Numbered from the stretch's first letter, positions 9,825 to 23,397 are shown. The stretch: 64,000 nt of DNA from a bacterium (GCA_028685295.1 JAQUEL010000004.1:24-64023), one strand, 5' to 3'. The notes: a model not told the origin generated them from the letters alone. A program made the numbers and translations.

Positions 9825-12800
9825 TTGCTGGATGCCAAAAACTTTGAAATGTTGAAAATTGGCATAGCTTCACCAGATCAGGTAAAGGCCTGGTCACACG
9901 GCGAGGTTAAAAAACCGGAAACCATAAACTATCGTACGCTCAAGCCTGAACGCGACGGGCTCTTTTGCGAGAGGATCTTTGGGCCTATAAAGGATTGGGA
10001 ATGCCATTGCGGTAAATACAAACGCATACGTTTTAAAGGTGTGGTTTGTGATCGCTGTGGTGTGGAAGTAACTAAGGCCAAGGTACGTCGCGAGCGTATG
10101 GGGCATATTGAATTGGCTACGCCGGTATCGCATATCTGGTATTTCAAAGGTGTTCCCAGCCGGATAGCTCTTCTATTGGATATTTCACCGCGTAGCTTGG
10201 AAAAGGTTCTTTATTATGCTTCCTACATAGTGCTTGATGCAGGTGAGAGGACTGATCTAAAGTATAAGCAGATACTTTCCGAAACGGAGTATCGTGAAGC
10301 ACAGGAGCGTTATAAAAACGCCTTTCAAGCCGAGATGGGTGCAGTTGCTATCAAGGCACTCCTGTCTCAGCTGGATTTGGTCACTATGTCCAAAGATCTC
10401 AGAATGGAGTTAAAGGAAGTATCCGGACAAAAACGTATAAAAATTATCAAGCGGCTTGAAGTTGTTGAAGCCTTCCGTAAATCGGGGAACAGGCCGGAGT
10501 GGATGATAATGAATGTTATACCCGTAATCCCGCCGGAAGTTCGTCCTATGGTACAATTGGATGGCGGCCGTTTTGCTACTTCTGATCTTAATGATCTTTA
10601 TCGTAGAGTGATCAATCGCAATAACCGTCTCAAAAAGCTGCTTGAGCTGGGTGCGCCTGAGGTCATAGTCCGCAATGAAAAGCGTATGCTTCAGGAAGCT
10701 GTGGATGGCCTTATTGATAACGGTCGTCGCGGTCGTCCCGTGACCGGTCCTAATAACAGGCCGCTTAAATCGCTTAGCGATATGTTGAAGGGTAAGCAGG
10801 GGCGTTTTCGTCAGAATCTTCTGGGTAAGCGTGTTGATTATTCCGGTCGTTCCGTTATTGTGGTTGGCCCTAATTTGAAGCTCAATCAGTGCGGATTGCC
10901 CAAGGAAATGGCTCTGGAGCTCTTCAAGCCCTTTGTAATGAAGAAATTAGTTGATAACGGCCTGGCGCATAATATTAAGAGTGCCAAGCGAATGGTGGAA
11001 CGTGCCAAGACAGAAGTATGGGATGTTTTGGACAGGGTCATCAGGGAGCATCCTGTCCTGCTTAACCGTGCTCCGACATTGCACCGTCTGGGCATACAGG
11101 CATTTGAGCCTGTAATGGTTGAAGGAAAGGCCATTCAGATACATCCATTGGTCTGTGCCGCCTATAATGCAGATTTTGACGGCGATCAGATGGCTGTGCA
11201 TGTGCCGCTCTCATCGAGTGCACAGGCAGAGGCCAGGTTGTTGATGATGTCCACATCAAATTTGCTTTCACCTGCAGATGGTCGCCCGGTAGTGAGCCCC
11301 ACCCAGGATATTGTTTTGGGATGTCACTATCTGACTATCCGGCGGGAAGGCGTTAAAGGAGAAGGAAAGGCCTTCAGCAGCTTCAATGAAGCTATTCTGG
11401 CTTATGATAACGGAGTAGTGGATCTTCATGCCGTTATCAAGGTCAAACACGATGGGCAATTGTTGGAAACGACGGCAGGCCGCCTGTTATTCAATGAAGC
11501 GTTGCCGCCTGCGCTGCGGTATATCAATGATGTTATGGATAAACGTGAGTTGGGGCAGCTCGTTTCACGCTGCTATAGGTTGCTTGGTCCTACTGAGACC
11601 GTAACTTTGGTAGATAACATGAAGAGTCTCGGCTTCAAATACGGTACCAAGGCCGGTTCGACCATATCCGTTACCGATATCATGGTGCCGGAGGCAAAAA
11701 AACAGATACTGGACTCGGCCGGGCAAGAGGTGGATCAGATAGAGAAGCAGTACCGGCGTGGTTTGATAACCGCGGATGAACGCTATCAAAAGGTTATCGA
11801 TATCTGGACTCAGGCTACGGAAGATGTTACCGATGCTACCATTGAGAATATGGATGAATATAATCCCGTATATATGATGGCTACGTCCGGTGCTCGTGGC
11901 AATATACAGCAGATAAGGCAGTTGGCCGGCATGCGCGGTCTTATGGCCGATCCGTCAGGACGTATTATCGATTTGCCGATTACGGCCAATTTCCGTGAGG
12001 GATTGACGGTTCTCGAATACTTTATTTCTACGCACGGTGCACGTAAGGGCCTGGCTGATACGGCGCTTAGAACAGCCGATTCCGGTTATCTGACCCGACG
12101 GCTTATTGATGTGGCACAGGAGGTCATTATCCGAATTCCCGATTGCGGAACCACATCAGGCATAGTAGTCAAGGATATCAAGGAAGGCCAGGAGATAATA
12201 GAGGCTTTGCGTGACCGTGTGTTGGGCAGAGTATCGCTTGAAACAATTCTTCACCCTGAAACGGGAGATCTTATTCTGGAGAATAATAAAATAATCGATG
12301 AAGATGCTGCTCTGGCCATTGAGAAGGCCGGGATAAAGGCTGTAAAGGTCCGTTCAGCCTTAACTTGCCGTGCGCGGTCCGGATTATGTGCAGCCTGTTA
12401 CGGCCGTGACCTGGCAACCGGAAGCATGGTCGAAATCGGTGAGGCAGTAGGAACTATTGCTGCTCAATCCATCGGCGAACCGGGAACTCAGCTGACTATG
12501 AGGACATTCCATACCGGCGGCGTAGCCTTGAGAGGTGAGGATATTACCCAGGGCCTGCCTCGTGTCGAAGAGTTATTTGAGGCACGTAAGCCTAAAGGAC
12601 TGGCGATTGTCAGTGACATAAACGGTATAGTTGAGATTACCGAAACTAAAGGCGTTCGTAAGATTATTATTAAAGCTGATGATGGTGAAGAGAAGGCCTA
12701 TACTGTTCCTTACGGCGCTCGCCTGGAAGTGGTTGACGGTGATGAAGTCCTGGCTGGAGATCGCTTGACTGAAGGCTCAATTAACCCTCATGACGTACTC

Positions 12801-13439
12801 AATATCAGGGGTATTCAGGAAGTGCAGAGCTATATGGTCCGCGAAGTGCAATCTGTTTATCGTTCTCAGGGAGTTGATATCAACGACAAGCATATTGAGG
12901 TGGTAGTGCGCCAGATGTTGCGGAAGGTGCGTGTTGAGGAGATAGGAAATACCGATTTCCTGCCGGGAGAGCTGGTCGATACCTTTGCCTTCGAAGATGA
13001 GAACGACAGGGTTCTGGCTAAAGGCGGCGAACCTGCCAGCGCTAAGCCTGTTTTGTTGGGCATTACCAAAGCATCGCTGGCTACCGACAGCTTCCTGTCG
13101 GCAGCATCATTCCAGGAGACGACCAGAGTGTTAACGGATGCCTCCACCAAGGGCAAGGGCGATTCTCTGATCGGTCTTAAGGAGAACGTCATAATCGGGA
13201 AGCTGATACCTGCAGGCACCGGAATGTCGTGCTATAAGAACATTGATATCTTTGTACCCGGTGCGCAAAGCTTGGAAGAGAAAATAGAGAAAGAACTTGG
13301 GCAGGATGCCGTTACTGATGAAGCTGTTGAGAAAATGGCTGATCAGGGGCTGGAGCTCGATGTAAAGTTAATTAAAGAACCTGTCAGCGCTGCTGAAGAG
13401 GAAACGGTGCAATCCGTACCGGAACCTGAGAGCGTTTAA
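9825..13439 (+). CDS. rpoC: DNA-directed RNA polymerase subunit beta'
   Basis: TTG start 8 nt after an AGGAGG Shine-Dalgarno. It has a zinc-binding CxxC...CxxC and the NADFDGD catalytic motif. Confidence 0.96.
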   Translation: MLDAKNFEMLKIGIASPDQVKAWSHGEVKKPETINYRTLKPERDGLFCERIFGPIKDWECHCGKYKRIRFKGVVCDRCGVEVTKAKVRRERMGHIELATPVSHIWYFKGVPSRIALLLDISPRSLEKVLYYASYIVLDAGERTDLKYKQILSETEYREAQERYKNAFQAEMGAVAIKALLSQLDLVTMSKDLRMELKEVSGQKRIKIIKRLEVVEAFRKSGNRPEWMIMNVIPVIPPEVRPMVQLDGGRFATSDLNDLYRRVINRNNRLKKLLELGAPEVIVRNEKRMLQEAVDGLIDNGRRGRPVTGPNNRPLKSLSDMLKGKQGRFRQNLLGKRVDYSGRSVIVVGPNLKLNQCGLPKEMALELFKPFVMKKLVDNGLAHNIKSAKRMVERAKTEVWDVLDRVIREHPVLLNRAPTLHRLGIQAFEPVMVEGKAIQIHPLVCAAYNADFDGDQMAVHVPLSSSAQAEARLLMMSTSNLLSPADGRPVVSPTQDIVLGCHYLTIRREGVKGEGKAFSSFNEAILAYDNGVVDLHAVIKVKHDGQLLETTAGRLLFNEALPPALRYINDVMDKRELGQLVSRCYRLLGPTETVTLVDNMKSLGFKYGTKAGSTISVTDIMVPEAKKQILDSAGQEVDQIEKQYRRGLITADERYQKVIDIWTQATEDVTDATIENMDEYNPVYMMATSGARGNIQQIRQLAGMRGLMADPSGRIIDLPITANFREGLTVLEYFISTHGARKGLADTALRTADSGYLTRRLIDVAQEVIIRIPDCGTTSGIVVKDIKEGQEIIEALRDRVLGRVSLETILHPETGDLILENNKIIDEDAALAIEKAGIKAVKVRSALTCRARSGLCAACYGRDLATGSMVEIGEAVGTIAAQSIGEPGTQLTMRTFHTGGVALRGEDITQGLPRVEELFEARKPKGLAIVSDINGIVEITETKGVRKIIIKADDGEEKAYTVPYGARLEVVDGDEVLAGDRLTEGSINPHDVLNIRGIQEVQSYMVREVQSVYRSQGVDINDKHIEVVVRQMLRKVRVEEIGNTDFLPGELVDTFAFEDENDRVLAKGGEPASAKPVLLGITKASLATDSFLSAASFQETTRVLTDASTKGKGDSLIGLKENVIIGKLIPAGTGMSCYKNIDIFVPGAQSLEEKIEKELGQDAVTDEAVEKMADQGLELDVKLIKEPVSAAEEETVQSVPEPESV

Positions 13440-13482
13440 GGCAAAAGGATTGAATGCCTTTAATGGCTGCCTAAAAAAAGCG

Positions 13483-13511
13483 TTGACAGCCTTGAACGCT
13501 CATGATAATAT
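13483..13511 (+). promoter_or_regulatory. Strong candidate promoter for the str operon rpsL-rpsG-fusA-tuf (TTGACA-17-TAATAT)
   Basis: Consensus -35 at 13483-13488, a 17-nt spacer, and TAATAT at 13506-13511. A roughly 270-nt leader follows before rpsL. Confidence 0.5.
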
Positions 13512-13783
13512 AGGTAAGTCCATTTGGCGCTTAAATGATCGAACCTTGCGTCAGGAGCACAATTTCGGTGTTTCCCCGGCATAGCCGGAGGTAGCGATCA
13601 AAACGGGTGGGGAGTTTTTGCAACCGTCCGATAAGGGATATATGATAGATTACATTACCGATGCGTAGCGTCTCAAGCTTGCCGTGATTAAGCATGCTAT
13701 CGAGCCCCTTATGCGTTGCGTGAGGGGCTTAATTTATTTGGCCGTCCTCCAAGAGGAAGACGGATGACGAAGGGAGTCTGGGT

Positions 13784-14155
13784 ATGCCGACCATAGCACA
13801 ACTGGTCAGAAAGAATAGGGAGTCCATTATTAGAAAGACCGATGCTCCTGCTTTGAAGGGATCGCCACAGAAGCGAGGCGTATGTACCAGGGTTTATACC
13901 ACTACGCCTAAAAAGCCGAACTCGGCTTTGCGTAAGGTTGCCAGGGTACGACTCACCAATGGAATAGAGGTTACAGCTTATATTCCCGGTATAGGGCATA
14001 ATCTACAGGAACACTCCGTAGTGCTTATACGCGGTGGCAGAGTTAAGGATTTGCCTGGTATCCGTTACCACATTATCAGAGGTACGCTGGATACTGCCGG
14101 TACGACTGACAGACGCCAGGGGCGTTCGAAATACGGTACCAAGAGGCCGAAATAA
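13784..14155 (+). CDS. rpsL: 30S ribosomal protein S12
   Basis: 123 aa: [10 protein letters not shown]...[11 protein letters not shown]. Confidence 0.97.
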   Translation: MPTIAQLVRKNRESIIRKTDAPALKGSPQKRGVCTRVYTTTPKKPNSALRKVARVRLTNGIEVTAYIPGIGHNLQEHSVVLIRGGRVKDLPGIRYHIIRGTLDTAGTTDRRQGRSKYGTKRPK

Positions 14156-14184
14156 TTTTGTTTGTAAAAGTAGGGGGTTGAATA

Positions 14185-14655
14185 ATGCCAAGAAAAGGCG
14201 CGGTTCCCAAAAGAGAGATTACACCGGACCCTGTTTATAACAGTCAGTTAGTGGGGCGGTTTATCAACAGTCTGATGCAACGAGGTAAAAAAAGTATAGC
14301 TGAAGGTATATTCTATCAGTCTATGGAAATAATCCGAGAAAAGAGCGGTCGTGATCCGATAGAAGTTTTCGAAGATGCTATTAAGAATGCAGCTCCGGTT
14401 ATAGAAGTCAAGTCTCGGCGCGTAGGTGGCGCTACATACCAGGTGCCGGTTGAAGTCAGAGCGGATCGCAGGGTTGCTCTTGCTATCAGGTGGATGTTGG
14501 GATTCGCTCGTAAGCGTTCCGGGAAGAGCATGCAGGAGAAATTATCCGCAGAGTTTATGGATGCTGCTCAGGGCGTGGGTTCTACCATCAAGAAGCGTGA
14601 GGATACTCATAAGATGGCTGAAGCCAATAAGGCTTTTGCCCATTATAGATGGTGA
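14185..14655 (+). CDS. rpsG: 30S ribosomal protein S7
   Basis: 156 aa: [12 protein letters not shown]... Confidence 0.97.
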   Translation: MPRKGAVPKREITPDPVYNSQLVGRFINSLMQRGKKSIAEGIFYQSMEIIREKSGRDPIEVFEDAIKNAAPVIEVKSRRVGGATYQVPVEVRADRRVALAIRWMLGFARKRSGKSMQEKLSAEFMDAAQGVGSTIKKREDTHKMAEANKAFAHYRW

Positions 14656-14821
14656 TCCTGTAGCACAAAATATGGAATTCAGTGGTCAGAATAATGATAG
14701 CTGATCTACAAGGTGTGTAGACAAGGTGTGCGGATGTATATTCAAGCCATTTTACTTTCCGGCTTCTTGTTTATAAAGTTGACTGAAGATATGAGATGTA
14801 AGATAGAGGTAATGTGTCCTA

Positions 14822-16900
14822 ATGGCGAGAGTTTTTGATCTGAATAAAATACGGAATATTGGAATCGCTGCGCATATAGATGCCGGAAAGACTACGACTA
14901 CCGAGCGTATACTCTTCTATACCGGAAAGGTACATCGTATCGGCGAAGTTCATGAGGGCGCAGCCACTATGGACTGGATGGTTCAGGAGCAAGAGCGTGG
15001 TATTACCATTACCTCTGCAGCTACGTCATGCCTTTGGCAAGGGCATAATATAAATATTATCGATACTCCCGGACACGTTGATTTTACCGTTGAAGTTGAG
15101 CGCTCTCTCAGGGTTCTGGATGGCGTTGTAGCTGTGTTCTGCGCTGTTGGCGGTGTTCAGCCACAATCAGAAACGGTATGGCGCCAGGCTAACCGTTACG
15201 CTGTGCCTCGGGTAGCATTCGTAAATAAGATGGATAGAACGGGTGCGGATTTCGCTAAAGTAGTCGATAGCATACGTAACAGACTGGGAAGCAATGCTTT
15301 GGCAATGCAATTACCTATAGGTGCAGAAGAGTCCTTTAAAGGCATGATAGATCTTGTAACGATGAAGGCGTATATCTACGCTGAAGCGTTGGGAACAGAA
15401 TTCAAGGTTCGGGATGTGCCGGAAGAGATGAGGGCTGATGCTCTGGCAGCCAGGGAGCGTATACTCGAAGTTGCTGCTGAGGCTGATGATCTTCTAATGG
15501 TCAAGTATCTTGAAGGTGAAGAGCTGACCGATGATGAGATCAGGCATGGTGTAAGGCTGGCCACGCTGAGCGCCCAGGTGGTGCCTGTGTTTTGCGGCTC
15601 TTCCTTTAAGAATAAAGGCATTCAGCCGTTGCTGAACGCAGTAATAGATTATCTCCCATCTCCGCTGGATATAGCCGATGTTGAGGGAATGGATCCTCAC
15701 TCCAATGAGGTTATTGTGCGCAAGTCTTCTGATGATGAGCCTTTCAGCGCATTGGCCTTTAAGATTGCTACCGATCCTTATGTGGGTAAATTGACGTTTT
15801 TCAGAATTTATTCCGGTACGCTGGCAAGCGGATCATACGTATATAATTCCGTCAAGGGCAAACGCGAACGTATTGGACGTATTCTCAGAATGCATGCCAA
15901 TAAGCGCGAAGAGATCGATGTTGCTTATGCCGGGGATATATTGGGAGCGGTCGGACTTAAAATTACCTCCACCGGAGATACGCTTTGTGCAGAAAATGCG
16001 CCTGTTATTCTAGAAGCTATCGAGTTTCCCGAGCCGGTTATTTCTGTAGCCATCGAGCCTAAAACGAAGGCTGATCAGGATAAGATGGGCATGGCTCTGG
16101 TAAAGCTGTCAGAGGAAGATCCTACTTTTAGAACCTTTGTGGATGAGGAGACCGGTCAGACTATCATAAGGGGCATGGGTGAATTGCACCTGGAGGTAAT
16201 CATTGACAGGTTGATGCGTGAATTTAATGTGGATGCCAACGTCGGTACTCCGCAGGTCAACTATAAAGAGACCATCACCACTGCAGCTAAGGCAGAGGGA
16301 CGTTTTATTCGTCAGACCGGTGGCCGCGGCCAGTTTGGTCATGTCTGGCTGGAAGTGGAACCCCTTGAGCCCGGTAAAGGCTTTGAATTTGTCAGCGCTA
16401 TCGTTGGCGGCGTTGTTCCAAGGGAATATATACCTGCGGTTGAGGCTGGTGTCAGGGAAGCCTTGGAAAGAGGCGTTCTGGCAGGTTATAATCTGATAGA
16501 TATTAAGGTTACCTTATATGATGGGTCCTTCCATCCGGTGGATTCATCCGAGATGGCCTTTAAAATTGCCGGTTCTATGGCTTTACAGGCGGCTGTTAAG
16601 AAAGCAGGCCCAATTATCAAGGAACCTGTTATGAGAGTTGAGGTTACTACTCCGGAGGATTACCTGGGAGATGTTATGGGTGACCTTAACTCCAGAAGAG
16701 GCCATGTGGAGCAGATGCGGCAGCCGATGAGCGGTGTGCACGAGGTTGTTGCAGTTGTCCCGTTGGCTAAAATGTTTGGCTATGCTACGGATCTGCGTTC
16801 CAGAACGCAGGGCAGAGCTACATATAGCATGGAATTTGCGCACTTTGCGGAGGTTCCGGCAGGCATAGCGCAAGAAATTATTGGCGATATAAAGAGATAA
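14822..16900 (+). CDS. fusA: Elongation factor G (canonical)
   Basis: 692 aa with [17 protein letters not shown] and NKMD motifs, a G' insertion, and the domain IV tip SFHPVDSS. Confidence 0.97.
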   Translation: MARVFDLNKIRNIGIAAHIDAGKTTTTERILFYTGKVHRIGEVHEGAATMDWMVQEQERGITITSAATSCLWQGHNINIIDTPGHVDFTVEVERSLRVLDGVVAVFCAVGGVQPQSETVWRQANRYAVPRVAFVNKMDRTGADFAKVVDSIRNRLGSNALAMQLPIGAEESFKGMIDLVTMKAYIYAEALGTEFKVRDVPEEMRADALAARERILEVAAEADDLLMVKYLEGEELTDDEIRHGVRLATLSAQVVPVFCGSSFKNKGIQPLLNAVIDYLPSPLDIADVEGMDPHSNEVIVRKSSDDEPFSALAFKIATDPYVGKLTFFRIYSGTLASGSYVYNSVKGKRERIGRILRMHANKREEIDVAYAGDILGAVGLKITSTGDTLCAENAPVILEAIEFPEPVISVAIEPKTKADQDKMGMALVKLSEEDPTFRTFVDEETGQTIIRGMGELHLEVIIDRLMREFNVDANVGTPQVNYKETITTAAKAEGRFIRQTGGRGQFGHVWLEVEPLEPGKGFEFVSAIVGGVVPREYIPAVEAGVREALERGVLAGYNLIDIKVTLYDGSFHPVDSSEMAFKIAGSMALQAAVKKAGPIIKEPVMRVEVTTPEDYLGDVMGDLNSRRGHVEQMRQPMSGVHEVVAVVPLAKMFGYATDLRSRTQGRATYSMEFAHFAEVPAGIAQEIIGDIKR

Positions 16901-16972
16901 TGTACTTATAATATCGAATTTTGATGCGGGGCGCTATGTATTCCCCTATAATCAAAGGAGGAGACAGAAGGA

Positions 16973-18175
16973 ATGGCAAAGTCAAAGTATGAGAGGACAA
17001 AACCGCACGTCAACGTAGGAACGATTGGTCATGTAGACCATGGTAAGACGACATTGACGGCAGCGATCACCAGGGCGCTAAGTAATACGGGGCAGGCTTC
17101 TTTCAGAAGCTACGATGAGATTGACAATGCGCCGGAAGAGAAGGCTAGAGGAATAACTATTGCCACGACACACGTGGAATATGAGACAGAGACGAAGCAC
17201 TATGCACACGTAGACTGTCCGGGGCACGCCGACTATATCAAGAACATGATCACTGGAGCGGCGCAAATGGATGGAGCCATTCTGGTGGTATCTGCAGCAG
17301 ACGGGCCTATGCCGCAGACCAGGGAGCACATATTGTTGGCACGTCAGGTAGGGGTGCCGTATATTGTAGTTTTCATGAATAAGGCGGATATGGTAGATGA
17401 TCCGGAGCTGTTGGAGCTGGTAGAGATAGAGATAAGGGATCTGCTGAACAGCTATGAGTTTCCCGGAGATGATACGCCGATAATAGCGGGTTCTGCGTTA
17501 AAGGCTCTGGAGTGCGGATGTGGTAAGAATGAGTGCGAGTGGTGTGGACCTATATGGAAGTTATTGTCAGCACTGGACAGCTATATACCTGCTCCTGAGA
17601 GAGATGTAGACAAGCCGTTTTTGATGCCTATAGAGGATGTTTTCAGCATCACAGGGCGAGGGACGGTAGTAACGGGAAGAGTAGAGCGCGGCAAGGTAAG
17701 AGTAGGAGAAGAGGTAGAGATAGTAGGTTTGGCCCCGCAGAGCCGCAAGACGGTAGCAACGGGAGTGGAGATGTTCCGTAAGTTACTGGATGAAGGCATA
17801 GCAGGAGACAACATAGGAGTATTGCTGCGTGGAGTGGATAAGAATGATGTAGAGCGTGGTCAGGTATTGGCCAAGCCCGGCTCGATCAAGCCGTATACAA
17901 AGTTCAAAGCCAACGTATATATTCTATCCAAGGAGGAAGGCGGCAGGCATACTCCGTTCTTTAACGGTTATCGTCCGCAGTTCTATTTCAGGACAACGGA
18001 CGTAACGGGAGTGGCGACACTGCCGGAGGGCGTAGAGATGGTAATGCCTGGCGACAACGTGGCGTTGTCGGCAGAGCTGATAACGCCGATAGCGATGGAA
18101 GAGGGGCTGAGGTTCGCTATACGAGAGGGCGGACATACGGTCGGTGCCGGAGTTATCAGCGCTATTGATGAGTAA
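16973..18175 (+). CDS. tuf: Elongation factor Tu, copy 2 (str operon copy)
   Basis: 400 aa, identical to copy 1 except the last residue (E in place of G). The DNA has only a few substitutions. Confidence 0.97.
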   Translation: MAKSKYERTKPHVNVGTIGHVDHGKTTLTAAITRALSNTGQASFRSYDEIDNAPEEKARGITIATTHVEYETETKHYAHVDCPGHADYIKNMITGAAQMDGAILVVSAADGPMPQTREHILLARQVGVPYIVVFMNKADMVDDPELLELVEIEIRDLLNSYEFPGDDTPIIAGSALKALECGCGKNECEWCGPIWKLLSALDSYIPAPERDVDKPFLMPIEDVFSITGRGTVVTGRVERGKVRVGEEVEIVGLAPQSRKTVATGVEMFRKLLDEGIAGDNIGVLLRGVDKNDVERGQVLAKPGSIKPYTKFKANVYILSKEEGGRHTPFFNGYRPQFYFRTTDVTGVATLPEGVEMVMPGDNVALSAELITPIAMEEGLRFAIREGGHTVGAGVISAIDE

Positions 18176-18225
18176 TGCCTCTGCCGGCTAAGCCGGGAAG
18201 GGTACCTGAATCAAGGGAGTAAGAG

Positions 18226-18534
18226 ATGGCAAAGCAGAAGATAAGAATACGCCTTAAAGCGTATGACCACAAATTGCTCGATCAGTCGGCCAAGACTATA
18301 GTTGATACGGCAAGAAGAACAGGAGCGTCGGTAGCAGGGCCTGTGCCGTTGCCGACAGAGAAGAACGTATACTGTGTTTTACGTTCGCCGCATGTCGATA
18401 AGGAATCCCGCGAGCACTTCGAGATGAGGATTCATAAGCGATTGATCGACATCTTGAGCCCGGCAGCTAAAACGGTTGATGCATTAATGCGATTGGATTT
18501 GCCGGCCGGTGTGGATATAGAGATTAAGCTCTGA
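18226..18534 (+). CDS. rpsJ: 30S ribosomal protein S10
   Basis: 102 aa: [21 protein letters not shown]... Confidence 0.97.
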   Translation: MAKQKIRIRLKAYDHKLLDQSAKTIVDTARRTGASVAGPVPLPTEKNVYCVLRSPHVDKESREHFEMRIHKRLIDILSPAAKTVDALMRLDLPAGVDIEIKL

Positions 18535-18729
18535 GTCATTGCTCGGGCAGACAGGCGATATTAGGTTCAAGGGGCCAAAAGCTCAGGGTTCAAGGTTACT
18601 AGGCATGATTGCAGGGGCTTTATCCTGAAAGAGTTAAGCTTCTCATCAATGTAACTTCTGAACGATGAGCGTTGAATTTGGAACTTGGCTGTGTTATCCG
18701 CCTTCGGCCTGATATGAGAGGTTAAGATT

Positions 18730-19353
18730 ATGGCAATCGGGATTATAGGAAAAAAATTGGGCATGACCCAGATTTTTAGTAGCGACGGCAGAGTTGTTCC
18801 GGTAACCGTTATTGAAGCCGGACCATGCAAGGTGGTCCAGGTGAAGAACCAGGATAAGGATGGCTATTCAGCTGTACAGCTTGGCTTCGGAACAATAAAG
18901 GAGCGCAAGGCAATAAAGCCTTTGAAGGGGCATTATGCCAGGGTGAATTTGAAGCCTATGCGTTATCTCAAGGAGTTCAGGCTGAAAGATGTATCGGCCT
19001 ATGAAAGTGGGCAGGATATTACTCCATCCATTTTTAGTGAGGGTGAGAAAGTCAGTGTCACCGGTATCTCTAAAGGTAAGGGGTTTGCCGGTAGCATAAA
19101 GCGCTATCACTTCAGGAGCGGGCCTACCAGCCACGGCTCCATGCACCATCGTAAGCCGGCCTCAGCCGGTGCTACGGATGCAGCGAGGGTCTTCAAGGGA
19201 AAGCGTAGTCCGGGACGCATGGGCTGCGATCAGGTAACGGTTAAAGGGCTGAAAGTAGTAAGAGCAGATGTAGAGCGCAACTTGTTGCTGATAAAGGGTG
19301 CCGTCCCCGGACCGACGGGCGGATTGGTCGTAGTCCGTAAAGCAAGTGAGTAG
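18730..19353 (+). CDS. rplC: 50S ribosomal protein L3
   Basis: 207 aa L3 family. Confidence 0.96.
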   Translation: MAIGIIGKKLGMTQIFSSDGRVVPVTVIEAGPCKVVQVKNQDKDGYSAVQLGFGTIKERKAIKPLKGHYARVNLKPMRYLKEFRLKDVSAYESGQDITPSIFSEGEKVSVTGISKGKGFAGSIKRYHFRSGPTSHGSMHHRKPASAGATDAARVFKGKRSPGRMGCDQVTVKGLKVVRADVERNLLLIKGAVPGPTGGLVVVRKASE

Positions 19354-19370
19354 TTTAGGAGGAAGCCGTT

Positions 19371-19997
19371 ATGCCTCAGGTTTCTGTATATGATATAAAA
19401 GGTGAAGTAATCGGCACCAGAGATCTCAGTAATGCAGTCTTTGGAGCGGAAGTGAACCGCGATGCTGTTCATAGCTCCGTTGTCCGGCAGTTGGCAGGAA
19501 GACGCACCGGTAATGCCGATACCAAAACAAGAGGAGAAGTCAGCGGCGGCGGCAAGAAGCCGTGGCGTCAGAAAGGAACCGGAAGAGCGAGACATGGAAG
19601 CACTAGATCACCTATATGGACCGGTGGTGGTACTGTCTTTGGACCGCACACTCGTTCCTATGTCAAGAGCTTGCCCAAGAAAGTCCGGCGTCTGGCTCTG
19701 ATATCGGCTCTTTCTGATAAGGCCGGCAAAGGCGCTGTAAAAATCATGGATGGTCTTGCTATGGATAAACCGAAGACAAATACTATGGCGGCATTGTTGG
19801 ATAAGCTTGATGTAAGCGGTAATGTACTGCTGGTGCTTGGTGGGCGTGATGTCAATATAGAGAAATCCGTCGCCAATATTCCCTGGATAAAGTCCATTCT
19901 GGTTGACAATTTAAATGTTTTTGATATTCTGAACAGCGAATTATTGCTATTAACCAAAGAGGCCGCCGACAGGCTTGAGGAGGCGTACGTATCATGA
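19371..19997 (+). CDS. rplD: 50S ribosomal protein L4
   Basis: 208 aa L4 family. Confidence 0.96.
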   Translation: MPQVSVYDIKGEVIGTRDLSNAVFGAEVNRDAVHSSVVRQLAGRRTGNADTKTRGEVSGGGKKPWRQKGTGRARHGSTRSPIWTGGGTVFGPHTRSYVKSLPKKVRRLALISALSDKAGKGAVKIMDGLAMDKPKTNTMAALLDKLDVSGNVLLVLGGRDVNIEKSVANIPWIKSILVDNLNVFDILNSELLLLTKEAADRLEEAYVS

Positions 19998-20281
19998 AGT
20001 CAGCCAGAGATATAATTATCAGGCCTATCGTGTCAGAAAAGAGTATGCGAGAGGCCGAGATTGGAAAGTATGTATTTGAGGTGGATAAAACGGCCAATAA
20101 AATAGAGATCAAGCAGGCCGTTGAAGAGATCTTTAAAGTCAAGGTTAAGAGCGTCAATACTATGACTATACCCGGCAAGATGAAGAGAGTCCGTTTTCAG
20201 GCCGGCAAGACGCCGGATTGGAAAAAGGCTGTTGTTACGCTGGTGGAAGGTCATAAGATAGAGCTGTTTGAGGGCGCTTGA
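19994..20281 (+). CDS. rplW: 50S ribosomal protein L23
   Basis: 95 aa. ATGA overlap with rplD. Confidence 0.95.
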   Translation: MKSARDIIIRPIVSEKSMREAEIGKYVFEVDKTANKIEIKQAVEEIFKVKVKSVNTMTIPGKMKRVRFQAGKTPDWKKAVVTLVEGHKIELFEGA

Positions 20282-20295
20282 AAGGAGTTTAAGAG

Positions 20296-21120
20296 ATGGC
20301 CGTTAAGAAGTTCAAACCGACATCTCCCGGCAGAAGGTTCATGGTAGCGCCGGCTTATGATGATATTACGGTGGCAAGTCCGGAGAAGTCGTTGACGGCT
20401 CCACTGAAGAAAACCGGCGGCAGAAATGCTCAAGGCAGGATAACTGCAAGGCACCGTGGGGGAGGCAATAAGCGCCTTTATCGTATAATTGATTTTAAGC
20501 GTGATAAGCAGGGCATACCTGCCAAGGTAGTTACGATTGAGTATGACCCGAACCGGTCGGCTAGAATAGCGTTGCTTAATTATGTCGATGGCGAAAAGAG
20601 ATATATTATAGCGCCACAGGGATTAAAGGTAGGGGCTACGGTTATTTCAGGTACCGGCGTGGATATAAACCCCGGAAACAGTATGCCGTTGAGATACATA
20701 CCTTCCGGTAGTTTTATCCATAATATTGAGCTGAAGCCCGGACGTGGTGGACAGATAGTGCGTTCGGCCGGAGGATCAGCGCAGCTTCTAGCCAAAGAGG
20801 GTAACTATGCTCACCTCAGGTTGCCGTCCGGTGAAGTACGATTGGTGCATCTTGACTGTATGGCCACTGTAGGCCAAATAGGCAATATGGAGCACAGTCT
20901 CATATCGCACGGCAAAGCCGGTAAGAAACGCTGGCTTGGGTCGAGACCGGCAGTACGTGGAGTTGTGATGAATCCTAATGATCACCCGCATGGCGGTGGT
21001 GAAGGCAAGGCGCCTATTGGGCGCAAAAGCCCAGTGTCACCCTGGGGTAAGCCGACACTGGGTTATAAAACCCGCAAAAGCAAGCCCAGTGACAGCATGA
21101 TTGTCAGAAAGCGTAAATAA
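20296..21120 (+). CDS. rplB: 50S ribosomal protein L2
   Basis: 274 aa L2 family with GGGxxxxxRxxDFKRD. Confidence 0.97.
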   Translation: MAVKKFKPTSPGRRFMVAPAYDDITVASPEKSLTAPLKKTGGRNAQGRITARHRGGGNKRLYRIIDFKRDKQGIPAKVVTIEYDPNRSARIALLNYVDGEKRYIIAPQGLKVGATVISGTGVDINPGNSMPLRYIPSGSFIHNIELKPGRGGQIVRSAGGSAQLLAKEGNYAHLRLPSGEVRLVHLDCMATVGQIGNMEHSLISHGKAGKKRWLGSRPAVRGVVMNPNDHPHGGGEGKAPIGRKSPVSPWGKPTLGYKTRKSKPSDSMIVRKRK

Positions 21121-21132
21121 GGAGGCAGGGCT

Positions 21133-21417
21133 TTGAGTAGATCCTTGAAAAAGGGCCCTTATGTTGAAGAGAGCCTGATGAAAAAGATTGAAGAGATGAA
21201 TGCCAAGAACGAGAAGCGTCTTGTGAAAACTTGGTCACGCCGTTCAACCGTATTCCCACAGATGATTGGCCACACTATAGCCATTCATGATGGGCGTAAG
21301 CATGTGCCGATCTATATTTCCGATAATATGGTCGGTCATAAGCTGGGTGAATTTGTGCCGACACGCTTCTTTAGAGGTCATGGATCTCATACAGAGCGTT
21401 CGACGTCTTTGAAATAA
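21133..21417 (+). CDS. rpsS: 30S ribosomal protein S19
   Basis: 94 aa with a TTG start: [10 protein letters not shown]... Confidence 0.95.
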   Translation: MSRSLKKGPYVEESLMKKIEEMNAKNEKRLVKTWSRRSTVFPQMIGHTIAIHDGRKHVPIYISDNMVGHKLGEFVPTRFFRGHGSHTERSTSLK

Positions 21418-21550
21418 CCGGTATCTGCTTGTAAGCGGCAGGTTGGCTTGTAGCTTACGGCCCGCAACTCACACTTCAGGCATGGATCAGTGCTTAAGAT
21501 GAGTAGCGAGCGCTGAGCATCAAGCTTGAGTAAATGTGGAGGTAAGCGTT

Positions 21551-21883
21551 ATGGAGGCAAAGGCCAGCGCAAAATATGTGCGGATAGCCCCCAGAAAAGT
21601 TCGTTTTGTTATGGAGCTTATCAGGGGGAAACGTGTTGACGATGCTATAAATATTTTAAAATTCACGCCTAATATGGCTGCTAAGGCTATTGAAAAGGTA
21701 GTGCAATCGGCTGCCGCTAATGCCGAGCATAATATGGCTGCTGATCGAGAGCGTCTTTCGATAAGCCGAGCCTTTGTAGATGAAGGCCCGACGATGAAGC
21801 GTTTCCTGCCCAGAGCGCACGGCAGAGCCAACAGAATAAGAAAACGTACCAGCCATATAACGGTGGTAGTAAGCGATAAATGA
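21551..21883 (+). CDS. rplV: 50S ribosomal protein L22
   Basis: ATG at 21551 ([16 protein letters not shown]...) after a GGAGGT Shine-Dalgarno. The ORF-track start at 21536 overlaps the Shine-Dalgarno. Confidence 0.93.
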   Translation: MEAKASAKYVRIAPRKVRFVMELIRGKRVDDAINILKFTPNMAAKAIEKVVQSAAANAEHNMAADRERLSISRAFVDEGPTMKRFLPRAHGRANRIRKRTSHITVVVSDK

Positions 21884-22003
21884 GCGTATAATGGCGGATG
21901 CGAATTGCTGCATAGTATGAACTGAAGGCAAATAATGCAAATGTGGAGCGTTAGGTTGAGAGAAAAACACTAGGGCTTCGCATTTGAAATGGAGGAAACG
22001 GAT

Positions 22004-22699
22004 TTGGGACAGAAGGTACATCCTTACGGGTTACGACTGGGAATTATAAAAGGCTGGAAGAGCAAGTGGTTCGATAAGCGTAACTACACGGAGAACCTGC
22101 ATGAGGATTTGGGTCTAAGAAAATATATCAAGGAACGTCTCTATAATGCAGGTATTGCTGATATATTGATCGAGCGTCCGGGTAACAAGCTCAAGATAAC
22201 CATAATTGCGGCTAAGCCCGGTATGGTAATCGGACGTGGAGGTAAGGGTGTCGACGAGCTCAAATTGGCGCTTGAAAAGCAGGTAGGTAAGCCCGTTTCT
22301 CTTAATATTGAAGAGATAAAGAAGGCCGATCTTGATGCTCAATTGGTAGCTGAGAGCATTGCCGCACAGCTGGAAAAGCGAACATCCTTCAGGCGTGCTA
22401 TGAAACAAGCGGTTTCAAGGGCTATGAAGATGGGAGCTAAGGGTGTGAAAGTGGCATGTAGCGGTCGTTTGGGTGGTGCGGAAATGTCCCGTAGCGAGAG
22501 CTATAAAGAAGGTAAGATACCGCTGCACACTCTGCGTGCCGACATTGATTATGGTAACACGGAGGCCGTTACCACTTATGGTCAGATAGGAATTAAGGTT
22601 TGGATATATAAGGGCGAGGTGCTGCCTGAATTGAAGAAGCCTGCAGGTCCGGTCGTTGCGGAACAGGTTCCGGCGGCTGTTTCTGCCGGAAAGGAGTAA
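22004..22699 (+). CDS. rpsC: 30S ribosomal protein S3
   Basis: TTG at 22004 ((M)[13 protein letters not shown]...) 6 nt after a GGAGGA Shine-Dalgarno. The KH domain and S3 C-terminus are present. The upstream ATG at 21989 is embedded in the Shine-Dalgarno. Confidence 0.9.
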   Translation: MGQKVHPYGLRLGIIKGWKSKWFDKRNYTENLHEDLGLRKYIKERLYNAGIADILIERPGNKLKITIIAAKPGMVIGRGGKGVDELKLALEKQVGKPVSLNIEEIKKADLDAQLVAESIAAQLEKRTSFRRAMKQAVSRAMKMGAKGVKVACSGRLGGAEMSRSESYKEGKIPLHTLRADIDYGNTEAVTTYGQIGIKVWIYKGEVLPELKKPAGPVVAEQVPAAVSAGKE

Positions 22700-22705
22700 G
22701 CGGTT

Positions 22706-23140
22706 ATGTTGATGCCCAAGAGAGTAAAGCATCGTAAGGTGCATCGCGGCAATATGAGGGGCGATGCCAGGGGCGGATTTGAAGTAACATTTGGCGATTA
22801 TGGGATTAAGGCCCTTGAGCCTGGCTGGGTTACAAGCCAACAAATAGAAGCCGCGCGTATTGCAATCAACCGATATGTAAGGCGTGGCGGTAAGGTCTGG
22901 ATAAGGATATTTCCGGATAAATCGGTAACTGCCAAGCCTGCTGAAACCCGTATGGGCAGCGGTAAGGGGGCGCCTGAATACTGGGTAGCCGTAGTAAGAC
23001 CCGGGCGCGTACTGTTCGAAATATCCGGTGTAGAGCATGATGTCGCCAAGGAAGCGATGCGTTTGGCATCGCACAAGCTTCCTATAAAGACGAAGTTTGT
23101 AGCCCGAGAAGAGATGGGTGGTGGCGTTAATGAAGCGTAG
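22706..23140 (+). CDS. rplP: 50S ribosomal protein L16
   Basis: 144 aa L16 family. Confidence 0.96.
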   Translation: MLMPKRVKHRKVHRGNMRGDARGGFEVTFGDYGIKALEPGWVTSQQIEAARIAINRYVRRGGKVWIRIFPDKSVTAKPAETRMGSGKGAPEYWVAVVRPGRVLFEISGVEHDVAKEAMRLASHKLPIKTKFVAREEMGGGVNEA

Positions 23141-23324
23141 TCAGTTTAAAAATCAGTTAAAAGATATGAATTTGCAGGAGTTAGCGCTAAAATTGGCTGA
23201 GGCCAAGGAAGAGCTGTTTAATCTCCGTTTCAAAAGAGCAACCGGTAATCTTGAAAATCCTTCACGTATGGGAACGGTGAAGAAGGAGATTGCCAGGATA
23301 ATGACCGCAATGGCGGGAAAGTAA
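23130..23324 (+). CDS. rpmC: 50S ribosomal protein L29
   Basis: ATG at 23130 ([22 protein letters not shown]...) overlaps the rplP 3' end. Confidence 0.9.
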   Translation: MKRSQFKNQLKDMNLQELALKLAEAKEELFNLRFKRATGNLENPSRMGTVKKEIARIMTAMAGK

Positions 23325-23397
23325 GATACAGGTTAGCAATTAATGCTTGGAACATACAGCAGCGGCGGTGTTCCGATACGATCAGGGGGATATTGGA

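Noticed and set aside
14426-14704. 92-aa ORF overlapping the 3' half of rpsG in another frame
   Set aside because: Alternative-frame ORF inside a conserved r-protein gene. No support.
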